Below are positions 38,084 through 46,459 of a stretch of 64,000 nucleotides of DNA, in pieces; position 1 is the stretch's first letter; each line of letters opens with the position of its first letter. The notes beneath the pieces were generated by a model. It did not search any database and was not told the origin of the DNA. It saw only the letters and a list, made by a program, of their open reading frames with translations. Position numbers and translations under genes: made by a program. Source of the DNA: an uncultured Acidobacteriota bacterium (GTDB taxonomy: Bacteria > Acidobacteriota > Terriglobia > Acidiferrales > UBA7541); assembly GCA_963721915.1 (NCBI GenBank), contig CAVRLD010000002.1:111442-175441 (forward strand), given 5' to 3'.

Positions 38084-38671
38084 ATGCGGCTCATTGTGGG
38101 ACTTGGGAATCCAGACCCGGAGTATCAGTGGACGCCGCACAACCTGGGTTTTATGGCGGTGGACGAACTGGCGAACCGCAATTCGATTCGCGTAGAGCGT
38201 CCGGAAGGCAAAGCGTTAGTAGGCCGCGGAAATATTGCCGGAGAAGACGTAGTACTGGCAAAGCCGCAAACGTACATGAATCTAAGCGGCGTCTCCGTAC
38301 GAGAGCTGCTATCCAAGTACGAGTTGGATGTAAGCGATTTGCTGGTGATGTGGGACGAAGTGCAGTTGCCGCTGGGCACGATTCGGATTCACCCGGACGG
38401 CAGCGCCGGCAGTCACAACGGCGCGAAGTCGGTGATCGGTTCATTGGGCACGCAGCAATTTGCGCGCCTAAGGCTAGGATGCGGCGCTGATCATCCGGTC
38501 AGCAACCGCAAGGAATATGTTCTGCGACCGATGCGTAAAGCAGAACTGGAAGTAGCCAGTGAAATGATCGGCGACGCAGGCGACGCGGTGGAGTTGATGT
38601 TGATGCAAGGAATCGACGCGGCCATGACCAAGTACAACCGCCGCAAGCCGCTCGAGTCCGAAGAGTTGTAG
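38084..38671 (+). CDS. pth: Peptidyl-tRNA hydrolase
   Basis: LIVGLGNP, HNLGF, KPQTYMNLSG, GSHNG. Confidence 0.95.
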   Translation: MRLIVGLGNPDPEYQWTPHNLGFMAVDELANRNSIRVERPEGKALVGRGNIAGEDVVLAKPQTYMNLSGVSVRELLSKYELDVSDLLVMWDEVQLPLGTIRIHPDGSAGSHNGAKSVIGSLGTQQFARLRLGCGADHPVSNRKEYVLRPMRKAELEVASEMIGDAGDAVELMLMQGIDAAMTKYNRRKPLESEEL

Positions 38672-38860
38672 CGGCGAGTCTTAGACCCGTCAACCGTGCA
38701 CCGAATTTGCGGCGCCGGCAAAACTGTAGCCGCCCTTCTTTAGAGGGGCGGGGTTTAGACGCAGATGTTCTGCCGTGCTAATTGGGCGAACGATCTGCTG
38801 AAAGATCGCAGCACCCGAATTTACCGGACCACGCGTCCGGCAAGAAGGAAAGAGGCAATC

Positions 38861-39298
38861 ATGGAAGAACGACTATACGATCTGATCTTCATCGCCCGTC
38901 CGGCCACGCCGGAAGACGAAATCAAAAAAGTAATCTCCGGCATCGAGCACACCTGCGCCGAAAAAGGCGGCAAGATCGAGAAGACCGAAAACTGGGGCAC
39001 CCGCAAGCTCGCCTACCGTGTAGCCAAGCACCGCGAAGGCATGTACGTCTACCAACAAATTCGCACCAGCCATCCCGACCTGATCGCCGAATTGGAACGC
39101 CGCCTGCGCGTCCAAGACGTGGTCATCAAGTACCTAACCGTGCGCCTGGACGAAGATCTCAAGCGCCAAAAGAAATACGTGCACAAGCGCGAAGTCCGCG
39201 CCGCGCGCCGTCCGCGCCGCACCCCAGCCCCGCAGTCGGCGCCGCCACCTCCAGCGCCGCCAGCAGCCGCGCCACCAGAACCAGCCCCAGCGAGCTAG
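38861..39298 (+). CDS. rpsF: 30S ribosomal protein bS6
   Basis: YDLIFIARP, WGTRKLAY, ELERRLR; Pro/Ala tail. Confidence 0.95.
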   Translation: MEERLYDLIFIARPATPEDEIKKVISGIEHTCAEKGGKIEKTENWGTRKLAYRVAKHREGMYVYQQIRTSHPDLIAELERRLRVQDVVIKYLTVRLDEDLKRQKKYVHKREVRAARRPRRTPAPQSAPPPPAPPAAAPPEPAPAS

Positions 39299-39547
39299 TT
39301 GGGATGGCAATGTAGTGGCCGCCGCCCGTGGCGGGCGCTTTGGCAGCTCATCGCTTCGGCAGATTGGCGGGGATTTTAGGTTTCGACTTTTGGCAGGTTG
39401 GATTCTCGGGCGGTTTGGATTTTGAGTGATTTGCATTTTTTTCTTCAGGAGGTCGGGGCTTCAGCTCCGACGTAATTCGCCGAAGCGATCGGCTTTAGCC
39501 CCTGAAGAAGTAACGATCGATAGCAGCATCCCGAAAGGCAGGCAGTT

Positions 39548-40066
39548 ATGGCAGAAGAACAAAAGCAATCATCCGGACCCAGCGGTCCACGAGGCGGCGG
39601 TCACGGTCCCGGCGGCGGCCATGGCGGCCCCGGTGGAGGGCACGGCGGACCACGCCGTGAAGGTGGCCCAGGAGGTCCCGGCGGCGGCCCAGGAGGCCCG
39701 CGCCGCGGCAAGCGCCAATACTTCCGCAAAAAGAAAGTGTGCAAGTTCTGCGTCGAGAAGATGGACTTTATCGACTACAAGCGCGCCGACATCCTCTCGC
39801 AGTTCGTGCAAGAGCGCGGCAAGATTCTGCCCCGCCGCATGACCGGCGTCTGCTCGCGCCACCAGCGCTGGCTCGGCGAAGCCATCAAGCGTGCCCGCAA
39901 CATCGCGCTGCTGCCGTTCGCCGGCAGCGCCGCAGGCACGCACGCTCCGCGCGTAGCGCCTCCCGCGGGCACGCACGCCCCGGCACCAGCGGCCACGTCG
40001 GCGCCGGCACTGGCGCCCGCAACTCCAACGCACCCGCCACAAGCGGACGCTCCCAAAGCCCGATGA
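39548..40066 (+). CDS. rpsR: 30S ribosomal protein bS18 with long terminal extensions
   Basis: RKKKVCKFC...IDYK...[17 protein letters not shown]...[13 protein letters not shown]. Confidence 0.95.
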   Translation: MAEEQKQSSGPSGPRGGGHGPGGGHGGPGGGHGGPRREGGPGGPGGGPGGPRRGKRQYFRKKKVCKFCVEKMDFIDYKRADILSQFVQERGKILPRRMTGVCSRHQRWLGEAIKRARNIALLPFAGSAAGTHAPRVAPPAGTHAPAPAATSAPALAPATPTHPPQADAPKAR

Positions 40067-40179
40067 TGTAGGCGCCGGGCTTTAGCCCGGCGTTCGAACA
40101 AGAGTTCTAATTCACCCAGAGGAACGAAGGGCCGCTGAGGCTGGCCACGGAATCGAAATTAGGAGCAAAGAGAAACGCC

Positions 40180-40629
40180 ATGCAAAAAGTAATCCTCCAG
40201 GAAGACATCGAAAAACTCGGCCACCGCGGCGATGTAGTAACGGTAAAGCCCGGCTACGCCCGCAATTTCCTGCTGCCGCACAAGCTGGCCATTGAAGCTA
40301 CCACCGGCAACATGAAAGCTCTCGAGCGCATCCGCACCTCGCTGGCCAAGAAAACCGCCACGGAAATGGACGCCGCGCAAAAACAAGCCGCCGCTCTCAA
40401 CGGCGTCGAAGTCCGCTTCACGCGCAAGACCGGTGAGAACGACCAGCTCTTCGGCTCAGTCAATTCCGGCGACATCGCCGGCGCGCTCGAAGCCCAAGGC
40501 TTCAAGATCGACAAGCGCCAGGTGCAGCTACCCGAATCCATCAAAGCCCTGGGCGAATATCCCGTAAAAATAAAAGTCTTCCGCGACGTAATCGCCGAAA
40601 TAAAAGTCTTCGTAGAAAAAGAATCGTAG
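40180..40629 (+). CDS. rplI: 50S ribosomal protein bL9
   Basis: LGHRGDVVTVKPGYARNFLLP, LFGSV, IKALG. Confidence 0.96.
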   Translation: MQKVILQEDIEKLGHRGDVVTVKPGYARNFLLPHKLAIEATTGNMKALERIRTSLAKKTATEMDAAQKQAAALNGVEVRFTRKTGENDQLFGSVNSGDIAGALEAQGFKIDKRQVQLPESIKALGEYPVKIKVFRDVIAEIKVFVEKES

Positions 40630-40881
40630 TCGCATTTCAATCGTGATTTTCCCGGAGGCGCGAGCAATCGCGCCTCTTTCCTGTAGCCGCCCTCCTTTAG
40701 GGGGGGGGCGAACTTTGGATTCAAAGAGGCACAACCAAAACGCCAAAGCGCAGAATCCCCCGTTCGCACCTTCCGAATCCCGTCGTGGTCCGTTGCAAAA
40801 AACCTCACAAAAAAATTTCTCGCCAAAAAAAGTTTTGCAACGTTTTCCGCAGCGATGCACAGTCGTCACGCAATACTTCTG

Positions 40882-40910
40882 TTGACGCTCGTACACCTTC
40901 CGCGCACAAT
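40882..40910 (+). promoter_or_regulatory. Putative dnaB promoter
   Basis: TTGACG-N17-CACAAT preceded by A-tracts at about 40797-40831. Confidence 0.4.
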
Positions 40911-41057
40911 GCGCTCACCAGTCTTCATGCAGTTCGCAAAGGGAATGGTCGAGGCTCCAGAAAATTTCCCCGACGATTGGAAAATTTTGACGCTTGAACC
41001 GCGCGCGTAGGCCATGTTAGCTTAGGCGAACAGAAAGCGAAATAATGTTGAATCCTC

Positions 41058-42425
41058 ATGCCCGTTGAATCCGCTCTCGAACGCCCGCTACCCAATAATC
41101 TAGACGCCGAGCGTTCCGTCCTGGGTGCCGTCCTGCTCGACAACAACGCGCTCAACGCGGCCATCGAAAATCTACGCCCCGAAGATTTCTTTCTCGATCA
41201 GCACCGCCGCGTCTTCCTGCAGATGATAGCGCTGAGCGAAGCCCAGCAGGCCATCGACCTCATCACGCTAACCGAAGAACTCCACCGCCACGGTGAACTC
41301 GAATCCGCCGGCGGCGCGCCCTATCTCGCCTCCCTCGCCGACGGCATGCCGAAAGTCTCGAACATCGAGCACTACGCGCGCATCGTCAAAGAAAAAGCGC
41401 TCCTCCGCAACCTGATCCACGCCACTCACAATATTCAGCAGCGCGCGTTCGAAGGGGAAGACGGCGCCGATGCCGTCCTCGACAACGCCGAGTCCTCGAT
41501 CTTCGCGCTCGCCGAAGACCGCGTAAAAATCGGCCTCATCCCCATCAAAGACATCGTCCGCGACAATTTCGAACGCCTCGAAAAAATCTTCCGCGAAGGC
41601 AAAAGCATCACCGGCATCCCCACGGGCTACACCGAGCTGGATAAATTAACCTCCGGCCTGCAACCGTCCGAACTCCTGATCCTGGCCGCCCGCCCCTCGC
41701 AAGGAAAAACCGCGTTAGCGCTCAATCTAGCCGAAAACATAGGCATCCGCGCAGGCCAGCCAGTAGCCGTCTTCAGCCTGGAAATGTCGAAGGAATCCCT
41801 GCTCCAGCGCCTCGTAGCCTCGGTAGCCCAGATCGACGCCCACAAATTCCGCACCGGCCACCTCAGCCGCGAAGACTGGCGCCGCATGACCGAAGCCCTC
41901 GGCACCATCGCCGCCGCCCCCATCTGGATCGACGACGCCGGCTCCATCAGCGTCCTCGAAATCGGCGCAAAAGCTCGCCGCCTCAAACGCGACAAAGGCC
42001 TCTCCCTGCTGATCGTCGACTACCTCCAGCTCATCACCGCCCGCGGCCGCTTCGGCAATCGCCAGGAAGAAGTCTCCAGCATCTCCCGCGGCCTGAAAGG
42101 CCTCGCCAAAGAACTCCAGATCCCCGTCCTGGTCTTGAGCCAGCTGACCCGCGCCCCGGAACGCGACGATCGCGGCCCCCAACTCTCCGACCTCCGCGAA
42201 TCCGGCGCCATCGAACAAGACGCCGACGTAGTGATGTTCATCTACCGGCCCAACTTCTTCAAAGCCGGCGCCACCCAGGAAGAACGCGAAGAAACCGAAC
42301 TCCGCATCGCCAAGCAACGCAACGGCCCCACCGAAAACGTAAAATTCGTCTTCCGCAGCCGCCTAACCCGCTTCGAAGAAGCCGCCCCCGACGCCTTCAG
42401 CAACCTCGGCCCGGATGATCTCTGA
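41058..42425 (+). CDS. dnaB: Replicative DNA helicase
   Basis: AERSVLG, AARPSQGKT, FSLEM, VDYLQL, LSDLRESGAIEQDAD, KQRNGP. Confidence 0.97.
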   Translation: MPVESALERPLPNNLDAERSVLGAVLLDNNALNAAIENLRPEDFFLDQHRRVFLQMIALSEAQQAIDLITLTEELHRHGELESAGGAPYLASLADGMPKVSNIEHYARIVKEKALLRNLIHATHNIQQRAFEGEDGADAVLDNAESSIFALAEDRVKIGLIPIKDIVRDNFERLEKIFREGKSITGIPTGYTELDKLTSGLQPSELLILAARPSQGKTALALNLAENIGIRAGQPVAVFSLEMSKESLLQRLVASVAQIDAHKFRTGHLSREDWRRMTEALGTIAAAPIWIDDAGSISVLEIGAKARRLKRDKGLSLLIVDYLQLITARGRFGNRQEEVSSISRGLKGLAKELQIPVLVLSQLTRAPERDDRGPQLSDLRESGAIEQDADVVMFIYRPNFFKAGATQEEREETELRIAKQRNGPTENVKFVFRSRLTRFEEAAPDAFSNLGPDDL

Positions 42426-42568
42426 GGTCGTGGTTCTCTTACATACTCGACGCTACCTACAGTGGCGGGTCACATCGGCGCGCAAACCCTGACAAGCCTA
42501 AGAGACTAAATTGAGGCTACGGGGCTATACTTTTCGGCAGTAATTTCCAACCTCGGCTGGGTCGAAAA

Positions 42569-43858
42569 TCAGTGCGCTTGTGCTTGGCTGGGTTGAGGAT
42601 TGGGTGGTTCGATCCGATAGCCGAGACTTCGGAGTTGCCGGATCATTCTGGCAGTGCGCCTTTGCTTCGATTGTTTGGTGACGGCGGGGCCTCGTTCTTC
42701 GTAACCGACTCCCTGGTGCAGGATTAGCCAGATCAGGCGACACTGTCGATGGGCAATGGCCCCGATGGCTTGATTATGTCCCAGGCGCGTGACCGAGCGG
42801 CGATAGACAATGTCGAAGATGCTTCCTTTCGTCCTCGTTGCGGCGTTGGCCGTTTGGTTGAGAATGCGCCGCATGTGGCGGTTGCCCTTTGGAGATCGGT
42901 GGCTGTAGTTGACGCCTGCGCTCTCTTCGTCGCCGGGGCTGGCGCCCATCCACGAGGAGAGCTGCTTGGCCGAAGGAAAGGTTGCTGCCGTGGGACCGAC
43001 TTCGGCAATGATTTGCTGCGCGGAATCGACACCCAGACCCGGCACTTCCGCTAACCGCTGGACGGCATCCTGGTGCGAATGGAGCAGAGTGGCAAGCTCT
43101 TGGTCCAGTTGACCAATCTGCTGCTCGAGGAATTGCAACTGCTCCAGTGCCATCTTCAGGAGCCGTCGGTACACGGGCTTGAGGTCCGTGCACGCGCCGA
43201 GCGCATCACACAATTGTTCCGGCGTAGCGCGTAATTTCTGATCGGCCAAAGCGGCAAGAGCTGCCGGATTGGTTTCTCCTTCAGCCAGCGCCCTCAACAT
43301 GCGCCGGGCACTGGCGCCCAGCAGATCGGAGACCAGGCTGGACAACTTAATATGGGCCTCTTCCAGAAGGGACTCCAATTGGTTGTGCAACCGCACCCGA
43401 TCGCGTCTCAACTGGTACTTCTTGCGCGTTACCGTTCGCCATAGACGCTGCTCGGCATCAGGCACAAAACTCAAAGTCAATTCCCGGGCCACCAGGCGCT
43501 TCACCAGGCGTTCGGCATCGGGAAAATCCCTCTTGCGTCCCCGTCGTCCGCGATTGGATAGTGCCTGCGCCAAATGCAACGTTCCAGACTTCCGCGTCGC
43601 GCCTTCTCGCTTCTCGCATAGCGGCTTCCAATACCTTTCCAGCGCCTCCCACACTGGCTTCCAATATTGGGCCGTCGATTCCATGACTACTTCTTCGGCC
43701 TCTTGCTCGAGCAGCCATGCGGCCAGCGAGCGCAGTTGGTCGGGGCTGCTGCCAAACATCCGCCGCTCAAACTGGTACTCGCCTTCGATTTCGACGTTGG
43801 ACACGACTACAGCTAGCACCTTTTTATGAACATCGATTCCCGTTATTCTGTAGGACAT
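42569..43858 (-). CDS. IS110-family transposase/recombinase
   Basis: DEDD RuvC-like residues (GIDVHK, MEST, RDFPDA), VPGLG, EVG, ESAG serine motif, GNRHMR. Confidence 0.95.
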   Translation of the reverse strand: MSYRITGIDVHKKVLAVVVSNVEIEGEYQFERRMFGSSPDQLRSLAAWLLEQEAEEVVMESTAQYWKPVWEALERYWKPLCEKREGATRKSGTLHLAQALSNRGRRGRKRDFPDAERLVKRLVARELTLSFVPDAEQRLWRTVTRKKYQLRRDRVRLHNQLESLLEEAHIKLSSLVSDLLGASARRMLRALAEGETNPAALAALADQKLRATPEQLCDALGACTDLKPVYRRLLKMALEQLQFLEQQIGQLDQELATLLHSHQDAVQRLAEVPGLGVDSAQQIIAEVGPTAATFPSAKQLSSWMGASPGDEESAGVNYSHRSPKGNRHMRRILNQTANAATRTKGSIFDIVYRRSVTRLGHNQAIGAIAHRQCRLIWLILHQGVGYEERGPAVTKQSKQRRTARMIRQLRSLGYRIEPPNPQPSQAQAH

Positions 43859-44091
43859 CAGCTTCCTCCTGGCCGGGAGCGGAGAGCGTGCTGCGGTTAC
43901 CTTAAGCAGGGTCGCGGGCTATCGCCGCTCCCCCAGGGGAAGACAACGACGCCCAATTATTCGCTCAATCACGCACGCTCCGGATCAGACAGATTAACGG
44001 CCTCGACTTCTCCATTGAGATCTCGACCTCGCCGCTCCAGGCCCTTGCGATCCTACCAGTAATTTTCATGAGGTTTCGCGGGCCGTAGGCC
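43859..44091 (-). ncRNA. Candidate IS110 bridge RNA region
   Basis: Non-coding end upstream of the recombinase; position inferred from IS110 biology, structure not verified. Confidence 0.4.
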
Positions 44092-44167
44092 CTAAAGGAC
44101 AGATTAGTTGCTCGCCACATAGCGATAGCTGTGCGGGCCACACTGAATATTGCCGTTTGGGGTGTTG

Positions 44168-45042
44168 ATGTATCCGACAGAAGTTGTCCAAGCATTGAAA
44201 GACGCACTGCGATCCATTTATTGGTACAAAGATGACCTGCGGCTTTTTCTCCTGGCGTTGGACATACCCGACAATTTGGTCGTGAAGCAAAGGTTGGCAC
44301 GATGAGAAAGAATATAAAGTCAGGATTGTGAGCAAGATCTTGGACGATTTAGTCTCCAAGGGGGAGGGTGGTCTCGGACCAATGCGAAGGATCATTCAGG
44401 CGGTCCTTGATATCCCGAATTTCGACCACCTCGCCAATCTCGAAGAGGGGCCAACCAAGGTGCAAAATGCCCGGAGGAGCGTCGAAAGGCTTCGCGAGAT
44501 TGTTCTGAGCCATGATGATAGTTTTAGACAAAAAACCGCAGAGAAAAATAAAGCGGCTACAAAAATCACAAACGCAACGAAGCGACGAAATGACGACATT
44601 GAAGGTCTTCAAAAGCGCTTCAACGAATTAGCCGCGACACAGGACCATCGAAAGCGGGGCTTTCTTTTCGAGAGCTTTCTCATAGACCTATTTCTAGCTT
44701 TCGATCTCAACCCAAGGGGCTCATTTAAGATTGTGGGCGAGCAGATCGATGGTGCATTCGAATTTCAAAACACTCAATTTCTGCTGGAAGCGAAATGGGA
44801 GAAGGAACGACAAAGCGCCGCCCCGCTGGACTCATTCTCGAAAAATCGCCCTTAACGGCTACACTGAGGACGGCTTAGAAGCATTCCGACGTGGACGACC
44901 CGCGATTGTGTTGATGGACGGTGAAGACCTTGCTCTGGCTTTACAAGGATTAGTCGATTTTCGCGAACTGCTGAAGCGCAAACTACGGCACGCGTCTCAA
45001 ACAGGAGATCCGTATCTCCGAGCACGCGATGCTTACGGATAA
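44168..45042 (+). pseudogene. Mrr-like restriction endonuclease, disrupted
   Basis: ATG 44168 MYPTEVVQALKDALRSIYWYKDDLR; frame breaks at about 44291 and 44844; RGFLFE...EQIDG...LLEAKW PD-(D/E)XK motif; low GC. Confidence 0.8.
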
Positions 45043-45071
45043 CTAAATCTATTCCTTGCCGGACTGGTGGC

Positions 45072-45244
45072 GGGTGGCCCATCCTTGCGGTTTTGTAAGG
45101 GTGGGCTCTTTCTTTGGGCTGTTGGCTCTCGGGGGCTTGGGACGAGTGGCGCATCCTTACGGTTTCTCGCAAGGGTGGACTCTTTCTTCGCTCTTGCGGT
45201 TTTCTCGGGTGCCGCACTCTTTGCGGGGTTTGCAAAGGGTGCGG
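45072..45244. repeat. Array of three GGGTG-type REP-like palindromes
   Basis: gggtggcccatccttgcg..taagggtggg (45072), 45144, 45207; related unit at about 22890. Confidence 0.75.
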
Positions 45245-45345
45245 TTTTTGACTTGTTCCTCCGTTGCCTTTTTCGCGATCGGACATCCAGGTGATTTGAA
45301 TCGTTGATCACAATACCTCATTGTACTTCGGAGTCGCCCAAAAGT

Positions 45346-45362
45346 GATGTATACTATACATC
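45346..45362. promoter_or_regulatory. Palindromic operator overlapping the -10 of the TA operon
   Basis: GATGTATA-C-TATACATC containing TATACT, ending just before the GTG start. Confidence 0.7.
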
Positions 45363-45617
45363 GTGAAACGCACTCAACTCTACCTGAACGAAGACATCTG
45401 GAAGGCCCTGCATATCCGCTCGCGCCAGCTTCGCACATCCATCTCCGAACTGGTGCGTCAAGCCGTCCGGGAAAAGTACGGCAGTTCGCCAGCAGTTCGC
45501 ACTCAGGCCATGCAAGCGGTCGTCGGACTGTGGAAAGATCGCAGCGACTTGCCTGACACCGACGCCTACGTACGCCGTCTCCGCAAAGGCCAACGGCTCA
45601 CAAGAATCTCCTCTTGA
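45363..45617 (+). CDS. Ribbon-helix-helix (CopG-like) antitoxin
   Basis: MKRTQLYL...SISELVRQAV; overlaps the PIN gene start. Confidence 0.85.
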   Translation: MKRTQLYLNEDIWKALHIRSRQLRTSISELVRQAVREKYGSSPAVRTQAMQAVVGLWKDRSDLPDTDAYVRRLRKGQRLTRISS

Positions 45618-45991
45618 AAGCCCTTCTGATCGATTCGGACATCTTGATTGAGGTCCTGCGTGCCCGAGATCACGATCTTCTCGCGCGATGGGAAGCGCTA
45701 AGCCGCAGCAGCACAGCCCTGTTCTGCTCCCCGGTCACAGTTGCCGAACTCTGGCATGGCGCCCGCCCGCACGAAGTTCAAATCCTCGAAGCTCTGTTCG
45801 CCGCCATCAACCACGTCCCCATCGACGCCCAGATCGGCCAGCGCGCCGGAGACTTCCTGCGCCAGTTCGCCAAAAGCCACCACGTTGAACTAGGAGACGC
45901 CCTGATCGCAGCCTCCGCCTCCATCCACAATCTGGCCCTCTGGACCCGCAACCGCCGCCACTACCCCATGAAAGCCATAGCCTTCTACTAA
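45614..45991 (+). CDS. vapC: VapC-family PIN domain toxin
   Basis: LIDSDILI, VTVAEL, DALIAA, WTRNRRHYP. Confidence 0.9.
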   Translation: MKALLIDSDILIEVLRARDHDLLARWEALSRSSTALFCSPVTVAELWHGARPHEVQILEALFAAINHVPIDAQIGQRAGDFLRQFAKSHHVELGDALIAASASIHNLALWTRNRRHYPMKAIAFY

Positions 45992-46053
45992 GTCATCCTC
46001 CCCGGCAGCCAACCGGCAACTCGTTCGAATAACCACTAGGTACAATTATTCTC

Positions 46054-46081
46054 TTGACCTCATTACGTTTTCCTGTATACT
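46054..46081 (+). promoter_or_regulatory. Sigma70-like promoter upstream of three-unit repeat copy B
   Basis: TTGACC-N16-TATACT. Confidence 0.45.
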
Positions 46082-46301
46082 GATCCCGTTTCTGCAAAGG
46101 GAGGAGAAACAGGCAGGCACTTCCTTGTCCGTAGAAGTCGCCAGCAAGTTGTCCCCCGGTTCCTCACCCAAATATTCCCGTAAGCCATCACTTCTTAATT
46201 CCGTCTCTGTGTCCTCTGCGCCCTTTGTGCTCTCTGTGTTAAAGATTTTTCTCTCCGAAAAGCAGCCATCACGATCCAAGCAACAAGCCGCCCACCGCCC
46301 C

Positions 46302-46443
46302 CTAACTCCTTTACAATCCGCACTTCCGCAAAACGCACCGGTAACTCCTTCAGAATCCGCACTTCCAAAAACACAATACTTGAAGCCCTCTAGAATCCGC
46401 ACTTACAGAAAAGGGTGGGGGGAGGGTGCAAATTGTTAACCAG
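46302..46443 (+). repeat. Three-unit AGAATCCGCAC repeat element, copy B
   Basis: Cores at 46313, 46352, 46392 (39/40-bp spacing) then GGGGGGAGGGTGCAAATTGTTAACCAG. Confidence 0.85.
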
Positions 46444-46459
46444 ACCAGGCCGCGATGGA

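Larger units (their letters stand above)
42557..44093 (-). mobile_element. IS110-family insertion sequence (ends approximate)
   Basis: Transposase plus about 230-nt non-coding left end; candidate CT/AG core dinucleotide at 42557-58 and 44092-93; no long TIR or TSD seen. Confidence 0.75.

Noticed and set aside
40780-41057. Replication origin near dnaB
   Set aside because: A-tracts and a TTGCAAAA/TTTTGCAA inverted repeat are present but no DnaA-box cluster; more simply a promoter region.
45072-45244. CRISPR-like array
   Set aside because: Units are divergent REP-type palindromes with irregular spacing (72 and 63 bp).
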